From assembly GCA_951406725.2 (NCBI GenBank), contig OX597836.1, positions 44,640,001-44,704,000 of the forward strand: a DNA stretch of 64,000 nt, read 5' to 3'. The notes below the pieces were generated by a model, which searched no databases, was not told where the DNA came from, and saw only the letters and a list, made by a program, of their open reading frames with translations. Positions 35,044 to 46,995 of this stretch are shown here, piece after piece; position 1 is the first letter of the stretch, and each line of letters starts with the position of its first letter. Made by a program: the position numbers and the translations under genes. This DNA comes from Octopus vulgaris. Lineage: Eukaryota.

Positions 35044-36247
35044 AGAGTTTACGAAAAAAAAAACCAAAAGACGAAGACAGGTGGTGTACAAAACAAACAG
35101 ATGTATTAGTATAACGCTCAGGAATAGAAAAAGTCTTTTATGTTTCGAGCCTACGCTCTTCTACAGAAAGGAACACAGAAGGAAATAAGAAGTGAAAATA
35201 AAGAATGTGTAGTGGCTAACGATCTATCATGACGACTGCCAGACAGAAGGGTCTCTCTATCTATCTATCTATCTATCTATCTGCATGTCTCTCTCTATAT
35301 CTGTCTGTCTGTCTCTATTCAGTTTCCCACCTGTTAATTGCCTTACTCACTTCCATCCTTTGTCTTATTTCAATTCTTCTCTCTTGCTGGATACATCACC
35401 ATTTTCCTCATCTCTATTTCTCTCTCACCATACAGCATCCAAGTACATCCACTTATCAACTTCTTTTGTTCTTAATATTCTATTTCGTTGTCCTTTTTTT
35501 AAGATTGTAGGCTGTGATCTGAGTGAGATTTGGCTACTATTACTGGTAAGTTAAACGACTGCAGAGAGAAGCTCTCACTGATTTGGATTATCAGATATTC
35601 TCTCTTTACTCTCTTTTACTTGTTTCTGTCATTTGACTGTGGCCATGCTGGAGCACTGCCTTTAGTCGAGCAAATCAACCCCAGGACTTACTCTTTGTAA
35701 GCCTAGTACTTATTCTATCAGTCTCTTTTGCCGAACTGCTAAGTGACGGGGACGTAAGCACACCAGCATCAGTTGTCAAGCGATGTTGGCGGGACAAACA
35801 AATACACACACACGTACATATATATATCATATATACGACGGGCTTCTTTCAGTTTCAATCTACCAAATCCACTCATAAGGCTTTGGTCAGCTCGTGGCTA
35901 TAGTAGATAAACACTTGCCCAACGTGCCACGCAGTGGGACTGAACCCGGAACCATGTGGTTGGTAAGCAAGCTACTTACCACACAGCCACTCCTGATAAG
36001 TAAGTAAAATGAAAAATGGCTTGACTGGAATTTGAACTTGTATCATGTACTCGGCTGTTCAGAGACGGCCTTTACCTTTTATCTCACTTACACCAAACAT
36101 AGTATGCCGCCAGATTTTTGAAAACCTGTGATGCACTTTTGACATCACTCACAGAGCATTGCTGCACCACTTTACCACTGCATTGAAGTATATCTTTGTT
36201 CTTAGTGACCCTTGTTATCAAGAAAAACCTTCCTTAACACTGTTCAA
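33964..36247 (+). other. U12-type (minor spliceosome) intron with AT-AA termini, 2284 nt
   Basis: 5' site ATATCCTTT at 33964; branch site TTCCTTAAC at 36230-36238; the junction ending ...TTCAA|ATATCGAC restores VLS-H-IDKKNLLPPLLV. Confidence 0.9.
34195..35240. repeat. Four ~160-200-bp copies of a hammerhead-like repeat: one + (34195-34390) and three tandem - (34643, 34818, 35041)
   Basis: Shared CTTT CTGTAGA A GAGC GTA(G/C) GCTC GAAAC(G/A)TA AAA; separated by (TA)n. Confidence 0.85.
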
Positions 36248-36333
36248 ATATCGACAAGAAGAACCTGTTGCCTCCGTTACTCGTCATCCAGACATTGGCC
36301 AACAACTCTGCTGCTACACTGTCAGTTGTAAAG
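36248..36333 (+). CDS. VPS11: VPS11 exon following the U12 intron
   Basis: (H)IDKKNLLPPLLVIQTLANNSAATLSVVK|gtaaat. Confidence 0.93.
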
Positions 36334-36502
36334 GTAAATTCCTTCGTTAAAGGGGTCATTCAAGGGAGTAATTGTTGTTATTGTTTAGCTAAATGGTTCT
36401 CTACCAGGATCCATAAGGCCCTTGAGGGTCCTTATAAGATTTTGCTGTTAAAATTTATTACCAATAAATTGCTTTTAGTTCTGAATACAATCCCTAATAA
36501 TG

Positions 36503-36900
36503 TCTTTATATATAAAAGTGAGGTTGTGTGCTGTCTGTCTCCTACGATTTAGATTCCTAACTACTCCCACATTTTGCGGTGCAGTTTAACCAAAACCGGG
36601 TATCTTATAGTCGTGATTCATATCGAGCCCTTCTGGGTATTAGCGCGTGTCTACGATGAGTCTACGATTTAAAAAAATTTACCATCAATTTTTCCCATTT
36701 TTAATGCATTTTTGGCATATATAAGGGAAGTAACTCTCTAAAAATTTATTATTAAATCTCAGAACATAAAAAGCTACAGTGACACCCCCCCCTCCTTTGT
36801 GGTTAGCCATATTGAGATGGCTATTATACTTTACATCTCTAAAAATGCTTATTTAGTTATTTCCCTTACAAACCCAAGCAACGCCGGGCGATACTGCCAG
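36503..36900 (+). mobile_element. Helitron family 1 copy with insert, nested in a hAT-like MITE (~36390-37273)
   Basis: TC...CCAG; outer ends TGGTTCTC / GAGAACCACTG. Confidence 0.75.
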
Positions 36901-36929
36901 TTTAATAATAAAACAATAATAGAATTTTT

Positions 36930-37232
36930 TTTTTTACACATTGGCCCACAGCTCTTCAATATCATCCCGAAGGACTTGAGAGACCTGCATTTGGTGGATG
37001 CAGATGTCTTTAAAATAAAACTGGATCTCTTCCTGTCAGGTGTCCCAGATGAACCAACTTCACGGCAGGAGGTGCAGATGAGGGCAGCTTCATCAAACTC
37101 TCTCATGCACCAAATGGCAATTGCTAAAAAGCATTCGTGAAGTAAAATCATGTAGCAACACCAAATGGCGGTGCCCCAGCATGGCCACAGCTCGTGAGCT
37201 GAAACTAGATAAAATAAAATAAAATAAAAATA
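36930..37232 (+). mobile_element. LINE 3' end (Jockey/CR1 group) whose 3' UTR matches the SINE family A tail
   Basis: GPQLFNIIPKDLRDL...FKIKLDLFLSGVPDEP...SNSLMHQ*, then GGCGGTGCCCCAGCATGGCCACAG...TGAAAC and (TAAAA)n. Confidence 0.8.
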
Positions 37233-39292
37233 AATTGGGGTCCATAGATAAAAAAAATAATTGAGAACCACTGGTTTAGGCAAAGGTCAATTCTAGTCAA
37301 GTAGACATTATCAAAGACGTTCCAACTTTGACCATCCCATCTGTTATTTTCAGATATTGTATATTGACAACATCAACCAAAGTGCCCTTTTGTTTTATAA
37401 CAACAGTATGTAACACAAAGGGTGTTTGGCTGCTCCTTTTAGCAGATTTTGTGATTGCTTTTGTTAGCTTTTGTTATCCTGTTGTTTAGATCCAGGGCAT
37501 CTCTGACGAAGCAGATACATTCAAAAGCCTTCTAGCCATGACTGTCACTTTTATTCATATAATCTATGCAGGACTACGTTAGCCATGTCCCTCAGACATA
37601 GCACATCTCAGGTCATGGTGTTCTTATTTCTTTATTGCCCACAAGGGGCTAAACACAGAGGGGACAGACAAAGGGATTCAGTCGACTGCATTGACCCCAG
37701 TGCGTAACTGGTACTTAATTTATTGACCTCGAAGGGACAAAAAGTCGACCTCAGCAGAATTTGAACTCAGAATGTAAAGACATGAAATACCGCTAAGCAT
37801 TTCGCCCGGCGTGCTAACGTTTCTTATTTCTTTATTACCAACAAGGGGCTAAACATAGAGGGGACAAACAAGGAACAGATAAAGGGATTAAGTCGATTAC
37901 ATTGACCTAAGTGTGTAACTGGTAGTTAATTTATCAGCCCCGAAAGGATGAAAGGCAAAGTTGTCCTCGGCAGAATTTGAACTCAGAACGTAAAGACAGA
38001 CGAAATACCGCTAAGCATTTCGTCCGGTGTGCTAACGTTTCTGCCAGCTCGCTGTTCTGATCTACTGCCATCTTGAGTTACCAGTTAGCAATTTGTTGTA
38101 TTCTATCAAGACAGAATTACAGAAAAGGTTTTATAAGATAGGAGCTGTTCTTTTTATCTTCAGATACAGTTTTGTGTCATTTGGGAAAGAAATCATTAAG
38201 AAAGAAAATCTCTTATAACCCACTCACTATGAATTTCATCTTGTAAGGGACTCCTTGTAGTCTCCAAGCTCATGAAAGGATTTAAATCCACTTTCTGTGG
38301 AACAGACTTAACCCTTTTGTTACCGTATTTATTTTGAGATGCTCTGTGTTTCTTTCAATTATTTTAAATATAACAAAGAATTTAGTAAAATAACTTAATT
38401 ATCATTCAGCTAGTGTAAGGAACATAAATTGTGACTAAGGTTTGGTGGAAGATTTTAATTCAAAACTTATGGAAACAAGACATTTATATTACAGAGCCAG
38501 AGCCAGTTTCAGCCGGGTTGGTCACGAAAGGGTTAATTATCCATTTCAGTGAAATTGGACTAATTTTTTTTAAAACAAACTTTTATTTATGTTTATCATG
38601 TTTAATATGTGTTAAAAGTGTATATTTTATGATTTTTATAATAATTTTATTTTCATTTCTGCTGGATCCCACTTACCTGTCCACAGCAGCTTTTTACTAA
38701 TTGGCTGCAATCGTTGGAAGATTTTAATTCAAAAACTTCTGAAAACAAGACATTTGTACTCAGAGCCAGAGCCGGTTTCGGCCAGGTTGGTAATGAAAGG
38801 GTTAAGCTGTTGCCTGGTTTGACAACACCAACACCTCAACCAGATCTGTGGGTGCTTTTAGTATAGTCCACTCTGTCACAAACATTCAGATTGGGTATTT
38901 GGCCTGGGTATGTCTTCCTCACATCAGTCTTGGAAGCTCTGCAAGAGGTCATGGCCATTTCCCTTTCTCTTCTCACGAAGCCTTTAAAAATTAAAATACA
39001 AAATATCAATCATGCAATGAGAGCGGCCCACAGCAATAAATTGCATGGTTCCTATTTGTAATTAGATGGACTGAGCCAGTGAAAATTAAGTTTTTTCTTT
39101 TCTGTATTTTTTATCACATAATCAGCTTAGTTTCACTGTGTGTGTGTGTGTGTGTGAAGTAAGTTTACATGAGGTTAGTGTGTGTGTGTGTGTGCATGTG
39201 AGAGTGTATAAGTAGGTGTTGAGATAGCTTCTGCAAGATCCGTATGCTTCTGTGCCTGCAATGATGTGAGTTTGTTTTCTCTTCCGCCATAG

Positions 39293-39414
39293 GACTATAT
39301 TGTCAAGCGTCTGCAGCAAGAAAATGATCAGATAACTGAAGACGAACGGCTTATCCAACAATATAGGGAAGACACTCTGAAGAAAAAAAACCAAATTGAA
39401 GAATTAAAGACTTC
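39293..39414 (+). CDS. VPS11: VPS11 exon (coiled coil)
   Basis: tag|...|gtaagt; DYIVKRLQQENDQITEDERLIQQYREDTLKKKNQIEELKT(S). Confidence 0.95.
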
Positions 39415-40289
39415 GTAAGTTCCATTAGCTTTGCTTTTTTTTTCCTTCTGTTTCACCTTCCTCTGATTTGCAATTAACAAAGGCACATAAGGGGCCCTAT
39501 TCGATCGTGGCCGTTTGCCAGCCTCGCCTGGCCTCCATACCAGTGGCACGTAAAAAGCACCATCCAATCGTGGCCGTTGCCAGCCTCGTCTGGCCTCCAT
39601 ACCAGTAGCACGTAAAAAGCATCATCCAATTGTGGCCATTTGGCAGCCTCGTCTGGCACTTGTGCTGGTGGCACGTAAAAAGCACCATCCGATCGTGGCC
39701 GTTGCCAACCTCGTCTGGCACATAAAAAGCACCCACTACACTCACGGAGTGGTTGCCGTTAGGAAGGGCATCCAACCGTAGAAACACTGCCAGATCAGAC
39801 TGGAGCCTGGTGCAGCCTTCTGGCTTCACAGACCCCAGTTGAACCGTCCAACCCATGCCAGCATGGAAAGCGGACGCTAAACGATGATGATGATGATGAT
39901 GATGATGAAAACCATTGAAACCATCCCAAAGATGATATCAGAGTTCAACACAACCCTGCAGCCCACTAGTTCCGTGTCAGACCATCCTACCCATGGAAAC
40001 ATGTGATGATAGTAGTGGCAGCAGCAGCAGCGCCATCTTTATCCTGGTCCTGAAAGATTATCCCCACCTGTCTCTCTCTCTCTGTCTCTCAATTAGCACA
40101 AAGAAAAATCCAGAAATATATACCACAATTTCTCACCTGAATTTAGTGCTCGGTTGTCAAAAATCATGCCTCTTTCTTATATTTTCATTTTATTTCTCTT
40201 CCATCTCGTAAGAAATTCTTTGAAAATTGGTTCATGTGTTAAACAGTCTTTCTTCTTGTAATTAAGTATTGTATTACCTATGTAAATCA

Positions 40290-40575
40290 TGGGAAACTAC
40301 CACCTGTGTCATCTCTTGTGAAAGGTAGGAGAGTCCAGTTTGCTGGACATTGTTGTAGAGCTGAAAACGAGGCAATTTCTACTCTTCTCCTCTGGAAACC
40401 ATCTACTCGCAATACCAGAGGGCGCACACTCTCCTACCCTGATGTAATCTCCAGGGATACAGGCATCCAGCAACAGGACCTCTGTAATGCTATGATGGAC
40501 CGTGAAGTCTGGCATAACATGGTAAATTCCATTGTCTCAACCACGGTCGAACAATGATGATGATGATGATGATGT
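40290..40575 (+). mobile_element. RTE/RTEX-type LINE 3' end
   Basis: RRVQFAGHCCRAENE...LLWKP...MMDREVW...STTVEQ* followed by (GAT)n. Confidence 0.85.
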
Positions 40576-40784
40576 AAATCAGATACCCCCCACCCCTTTC
40601 TGTCCTTTTTTTAATAGTCTTTAGCAAGGATATACTGCATGTTAGTATTTGTGGGATTACTGTTCTGATACAAATTGCTAGAAACAACTGAAAATACTAT
40701 TCTTATAATGGCCATTAATGAAGGCCTGTCTTTAGTCATAAACTCATATGCCTTGTTTAACATGCTTAATTTCCAATTTTCCAG

Positions 40785-40883
40785 CGCAAAGATCTTCCAA
40801 GCCCCTAAATGCAGTATTTGTAACCATCCTTTGGAAATCCCATCGGTACATTTTCTCTGTGAACCTCACTCTTACCATCAACA
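40785..40883 (+). CDS. VPS11: VPS11 exon (RING-H2, N-terminal half)
   Basis: cag|...|gtaagt; AKIFQAPKCSICNHPLEIPSVHFLCEPHSYHQ(H). Confidence 0.96.
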
Positions 40884-43588
40884 GTAAGTAACACAGAATT
40901 TATTATTTGCTGTATTTGCATAAAAAAAGAAACTGTGTGAATCTTGTGGTCTCATATCTTGTATGTAACATACTTAACCCTTTACTGTTCAAATATTTGG
41001 GCAATATCAGGCCCAAATATTCTATCCTTTTTACGATAAAACCAGCCAGGTCTGGCTTCTCATACCTACCCTACAATGTCATTCTAAAAATAAACAATCA
41101 CATCTTTGAAATCTCAAAGCTATGAGATAATGCAGGATTAATTCAAAACAATGTGAATAAATAAGCAATACATTTGACAATAGTTCGTATGGTAAAGGGT
41201 TAAAATAAGAAACTCTGGGAAAACTGTGGCTTTCAACAGCTGAGTACTCACCTGGAAAGCACCTGGTAACATCGTTCGATACAAAGTTGAATAAAGGAAC
41301 TAATGTCAGTCATTAACCATCCAAGTTTAAATTTTCATTTCCAATATGTACCATGTTTACATCATTTACATGGTAAATGTTTGTGGCAAAGGCATGAATG
41401 CTACATTATTGACTCTCTCAATACCACATGGTTCCATGCAATATATAGGTGTTAAAATACCAGAAATAGATTACTCTCTTTTACTCTCTTTTACTTGTTT
41501 CAGTCATTTGACTGCGGCCATGCTGGAGCACCGCCTTTAGTCGAGCAAATCGACCCCGGGAATTATTCTTTCGTAAGCCCAGTACTTATTCTATCGGTCT
41601 CTTTTGCCGAACCGCTAAGTGACGGGGCTGTAAACACACCAGCATCGGTTGTCAAGCAATGCTAGGGGGACAAACACAGACACACAAACATACACGGACA
41701 TACACATACATACACATATATACAACAGGCTTCTTTCAGTTTCCGTCTACTAAATCCACTCACAAGGCTTTGGTCGGCCAGGGGCTATAGCAGAAGACAC
41801 TTGCCCAAGATGCCACGCAATGGGACTGAACCCGGAACCATGTGGTTGGTTAGCAAGCTACTTACCACACAGCCATTGCAAAAACCAAATGTGTCAGTGG
41901 TTTCCAACCAGAGATTCAGAGACAGTGGCTAAAGATGTGGTGAGGTTTTTTCTGGAGTTTATTTTATCTCTGTCGGGACAAAACAAGAATTGTCATGGGC
42001 CTTAAGCATTAGAAAAAAAGAATGATGAGCTCACAAAAATGTTGGACACCACTTATGAAGTTCACTTATTGGTTAACACTTTGGCATTTCATCTAGCCAT
42101 ATCCAGTCTAAATACTCTACCTGTTTTATGTTTAAAAAAATGATATGGCCAGTTTGAATTCTATAGGGTTAAGTCAGTCATAATATCTCGATTCCAGAAG
42201 GTAGAAAGGCAAATTTAACCGTGACAAGATTTCAAAATGCAAAAGACATAACAAAATGCATAAGGAATTTTGTTGATGCTCTACCATGTTTCTAACTGAG
42301 GCAAAAGGCCTGAAATTGGTGCGAGGTGTTTCATCATCATTTGGTTGAGCTTCCTCGGACACTTTTAACCTACACACATCATCATGCACTTTGGTCTTGC
42401 ATTGGTCGAGGGAAGTCTTCAGGGGGGCATCCAGTGTCTCTGCTGAATTGATGTCTGTTGTGTCCGGATGACCTGCTTGAGTACAGCCACACTTTGGCTT
42501 CTGTAGCAGTAAGTCATTTTCCAACTCTTGTTTAGCTTGCTGGGCAATGTCCCACAAAGTGCAAACGCCCTTTCCCTATAATGGTGAAAACAGACACATC
42601 TCCATACAGCTGCTTCATGGTGGGATGAGTTCTCTAAGGTTGCTCTACCCCAATACTTGACTGGTACTTTAAGTGACCCCCGAAAAATATGACCAAATTT
42701 TCCTCTCTGTGATTTGAACTTGTTTCTTTACTGCCCACAATGGGCTACACACAGAGGGGACAAACAAGGACAGACAAACGGATTAAGTCGATTAGATCGA
42801 CCCCAGTGCGTAACTAGGTACTTATTTAATTGACCCCGAAAGGATGAAAGGCAAAGTCAACCTTGGCGGAATTTGAACTCATAACGTAGCGGCAGATGAA
42901 ATACAGCTACGCATTTCGCCCGGCGTGCTAACGTTTCTGCCAGCTCTTGAGATGTGCAAGTGCATTACTAAATACCACAAGGCATTTCAAACAATACTCT
43001 TGTGGTTTGCCAATTCACCAGCTTTAATGATAATTTTTATTATTGCTGCTGGGGCCCTTTCTTATCATACAACATATGTATTCACATTTAGGGTTTAGAA
43101 AATGTGTGTAAAGTGGACAAAACAAAGATATATAAAAATAAGGGGAAGGGCAAAAATACATTATATGGCTGTGTGGTCAAGGAGTTTGCTTTGTAACCTC
43201 ATGGTATGGGGTTTGGTCCCATTGTGTGGCATCTTAGGGGAGCATTTTCTATAATAGGCTCTGGTTGATAAATGTCTAGTGGATTTAATTTCATAGAAAG
43301 AAACTGCAAGGAAGCCCATCTTTTTATATATGTCTTTGTGTCTGTTGTATGAGCATTTGTTATTACATGTTTTCACATTAACACCACTTGGACAGTCGTG
43401 ATGCTACATAAACAGTCCAGTAATTTGGAAGGCCAACATACAAAAATGTCAGAGTATCCTACTTGAGAACAAGAGTTGGCATCAGGAAGGGCATCTAGTT
43501 GTGGCAATACTTGCCTCTAGAACCTTCCTTCAACTCATGCATGGTTGTAAAAACAATATATATAGACATAATCAAAATTTTATATAGA

Positions 43589-43932
43589 CTAGCACTATGA
43601 CCCGGCAACGTTGGGTCATAGTGCTAGTGCATGCATATACAGCTGTGTGCATGCGCACATACACGCGAGTACTGTCCAAATTTCTGACCAATCACATACA
43701 GCTAGCTGGCATTCAATTGGCGTATCAAGTTTCGGGCATTTTGATTGGGTTTTCAATAGAAAATTCTATTATTTTTTAATGGCTTTGCGGGGTGGCTGGG
43801 GAAATGTAAAGATGTGCCCGACCACCCTTGGACGGTTTTGAATGACCATAGAAAGTGCGAGCCCTCTAACTGAAAAATTGTGGATTTTTTAAAGGACACA
43901 CACACAGACATTTTGCTGTTTGTATATATAGA
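43589..43932 (-). mobile_element. Helitron family 2 copy
   Basis: Reverse complement of 10124-10491, including the terminal palindrome. Confidence 0.8.
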
Positions 43933-44349
43933 TATGCATGATAGACAATAGGAGCTGCTAATTATGAACACTTTGAAATGAATCTTTTAATAATTACTGG
44001 CTGATAAGGTGAGGCAAATAAAGAATTCAAGGACCACAAATTTGGTGACAATAACTAATTGGTAATATTATTTGTAATTGTAATAAACATCTTCTACTGC
44101 ATGAACACAAATAAGTACAAATACCGTAGATAAGGGAAACTAAGGGAGTGGCAGGTTGTCACCTAGGTTTGCTATAGTAATATAAAGCCAGATAATTTAT
44201 AATAGGAATGATATTTAAGCAAATTACTTCGTCTGCACAATAATTCTATAGCCATTAATTACAAAAGTCATTCCTAAATTCAATAAAATAGTTGTTTTTT
44301 TTAATAGAATCTAACAATTTCTATTTTTTTCCCTCTCTCTCTCTACTAG

Positions 44350-44403
44350 CTGTTTTGAATGTTATGGTGAAAATGAATGCCCTGTTTGTATGCAAGAAAA
44401 CAG
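44350..44403 (+). CDS. VPS11: VPS11 exon (RING-H2, C-terminal half)
   Basis: tag|...|gtaaga; CFECYGENECPVCMQEN(R). Confidence 0.93.
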
Positions 44404-44534
44404 GTAAGATCTTTATTTATTTTATCTTATCATTTAAGACAAGATACCTTCTTTTGTATGTCACTTTCCTCCTTTACCCTAGCTCATCAACCAAACAGCT
44501 TTACCATAGAGGACGTGCTCCCTTTTCCTGTAAA

Positions 44535-45320
44535 TTACAAAACTTTAGGGCTGCAGCAATAAATATAGGCCTAATGATAGGTAGGTTTAGTGAGATTGTG
44601 GAAATGCTGGAACAGAGACAAGTGGTTGTGTGTTGTGTGCAAGAGGAAAGATGGAAGGAATCCTCAATCACACTCTTCACAGGCAAGAGACAGCAGTACA
44701 CATTTTTCTGGCTGAGTAATAGAGACAAGGCATACTCTTACCTGAGAAATAAAGTAATTGAGGTAGTCAGTGTTTCTAATTATAGGCAACTCAATAACAA
44801 CATTCATCTTGGCAGAAGTCATTAAGCGAATGTTAAACGATGACTCCCCTGTGCAGACAGGACAGAAGAACCACTTCTGTGAGACCCTTCAGCACACATC
44901 CTCAGTAGTGACTGACAGTAACCTCATTATCGTGGCCATCAACGTCAATGGATGTCAGCCAAAACAGTGATGATTTCAGCAGTATACATGGAGGCTATGG
45001 TTTATGGTTCAAGAAATGAGGAGGGTGTATGATACCTGGAGTTCTGTGATGCAAGTGATCTAACAATTTGCAACACATTTTAGGAAACCAACTAAACACA
45101 TCATGACCTACCTGTCTGGCGAGCACTAGTTGGACAGGTTACACTCTCAACAGTAGTGCTATTGTAAATGCCAAAACCTTTCTTGAAAAAGAATATATTA
45201 TGCAACATAGATTAGTGGCAGAGCCAGGCAGACACTGAAATGAAAGACAACATGGAAAAGGAAGATATGGAAACTAAAAGAGCCTGCAATTAAGAATAGA
45301 TTTCGAGAAATTCTGACACT
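44535..45320 (+). mobile_element. Decayed RTE-type LINE AP-endonuclease region
   Basis: NIGLMIGRFSEIVEMLEQRQVVVCCVQEERWK resembles the RTE APE N-terminus (NVGTM..GR..E....L..R.VD..CVQETRW). Confidence 0.7.
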
Positions 45321-45401
45321 AAGATTACAGATAAATTCCTCTATTTACATAATATCGAGGTCTCTTTCTTTCTCCTGTTGTCTTACCATTTTTATCAATA
45401 T

Positions 45402-45942
45402 ATATAATAACAATTTAATAAATAAAACATATGCATACATACATATATGTACATACCTACATTTATATGTATATATACATGCATATATGGGTACAGGACA
45501 CCCCAAAAAAAAAACGTAGAACACAACAGGAAACGGAAACATAAAAACAAAACAAGGAAAGGGACTTTTGTTTTTTTAACAACGAAAAAACAGAGTACAG
45601 GACAAACAACACAAGGAACACTCCCCTTCTTCAGATGCCCCTGTTTCGACTCAATGCATGTTTCGAAGGTAAGGGCAATTTCGAAACACGCAATGAGTCG
45701 AAACAGGGGCAGCTGAAGAAGGGGAATGTTCCTTGTGTTGTTTGTCTTGTACTCTGTTTTTTCATTGTTAAAAAAAAAAAAGTCCCTTTCCTTGTTTTTA
45801 TTTTTATGTTTTTGTTTCTCGTTGTGTTCTACGTTTTTTTGTGGTGTCCTGTACCCATATATACATGTATATATATATATACATGTAGGTATGTACATGT
45901 ATGTATGTATGCATATGTTTTATTTATTAAATTGTCATTATA
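45402..45942. repeat. Large fold-back element (~265-bp arms, 12-nt loop)
   Basis: 45402-45667 inverted at 45680-45942; produces the mirror-image ORF pairs in the ORF track. Confidence 0.95.
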
Positions 45943-46014
45943 TGATCAAATGCCATGCGTCGTCTTCTTCCAAGTAAGTTTTATATAAATATATATATAT
46001 GGATTTCTCTGCAG

Positions 46015-46081
46015 GAAAGTGATGGAAGTGATCCGAGCCCAAGAACAAAACAAGGATATTCATGAACATTTCCACAATGAG
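46015..46081 (+). CDS. VPS11: VPS11 exon (VPS11_C)
   Basis: cag|...|gtattt; KVMEVIRAQEQNKDIHEHFHNE. Confidence 0.95.
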
Positions 46082-46995
46082 GTATTTTTTTATTCTCCCC
46101 TTGCTTTCCTTCAATTCCTTATTCTCTAAATATGACTTCTGTCAGTTCTGTAGTTACAAAGATCAAGTACCAGGCTTCAAAGACATAAGCACTGAGGTCA
46201 ATTTGTTCAACTGAACCCTTGAGAACAGTGCTCCAGCATGGCTACAGTCCTATGACTGAAACAAGCAAAAGATGTATATAGGTGCACGAGTGGCTGTGTA
46301 GTGAGTGGCTTGCTTACCAACCACATGGTTCTGGGTTCAGTCCCACTGCGTGGCATCATAGACTAGTGTCTTCTATAGCTTCAGCCCGACCAAAGCCTTG
46401 TGAGTGGATTCGGTGGACAGAAACTGAAAGAAGCCCGTCGGTTATATGTATATGTGTGTTTGTGTGTCTGTGTTTGTACCCCTACCATCACTTGAAAACC
46501 AATGTTGGTGTGTTTACGTCCTCCGTAACTTAGCAGTTCACCAAAAGAGGCCGATAGAATAAGTAAGTTCTAGGCTTGCAAAGAACAAGTCATGGGGTCG
46601 GTTTGTTCGACTAAAGTCAGTGTTCCAGCATGGCCACAGTCAAATGACTGGAACAAATAAAAGAATAAAAACATGTACTCTGTACTATGTCATACTGATG
46701 GCAGCAAAGAGTGTTACACCCCTAAGCTAGAAATTGATCTATGACTAAACCTTTTTAAAAAGAAATCTTTTTTGTTCTTTTCCCTTGCTTTCAGCCCATT
46801 GTCTGTGATAAATAAGGAAGTTTTAGAGCCATTTGGCATCTACTTCCAGCATGTGGCACTACTCAGTACTTGCTTTTGTTATATTTATAAAATTATGTAC
46901 TTTGTGTTAATTTTTATCTAAATGGCTTGTTTCATGCTAGCTACTTGATAAAATCCTATATAAATTTTATCCTTGATTATAATGATATATATATA

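Noticed and set aside
36239-36261. Canonical AC or AG 3' ends for the U12 intron
   Set aside because: AC at 36239-40 is too close to the branch site and shifts the frame by 7 nt; AC at 36254-55 and AG at 36257-58 and 36260-61 shift by 8, 11 and 14 nt
45680-45735. Hammerhead in the 45.4-kb palindrome (GAAAC...CTGAAGA)
   Set aside because: Core pieces are present but I could not assemble consistent stems in type I, II or III order
45395-45988. Overlapping 80-170 aa ORFs on both strands
   Set aside because: Mirror products of the palindrome and low-complexity sequence
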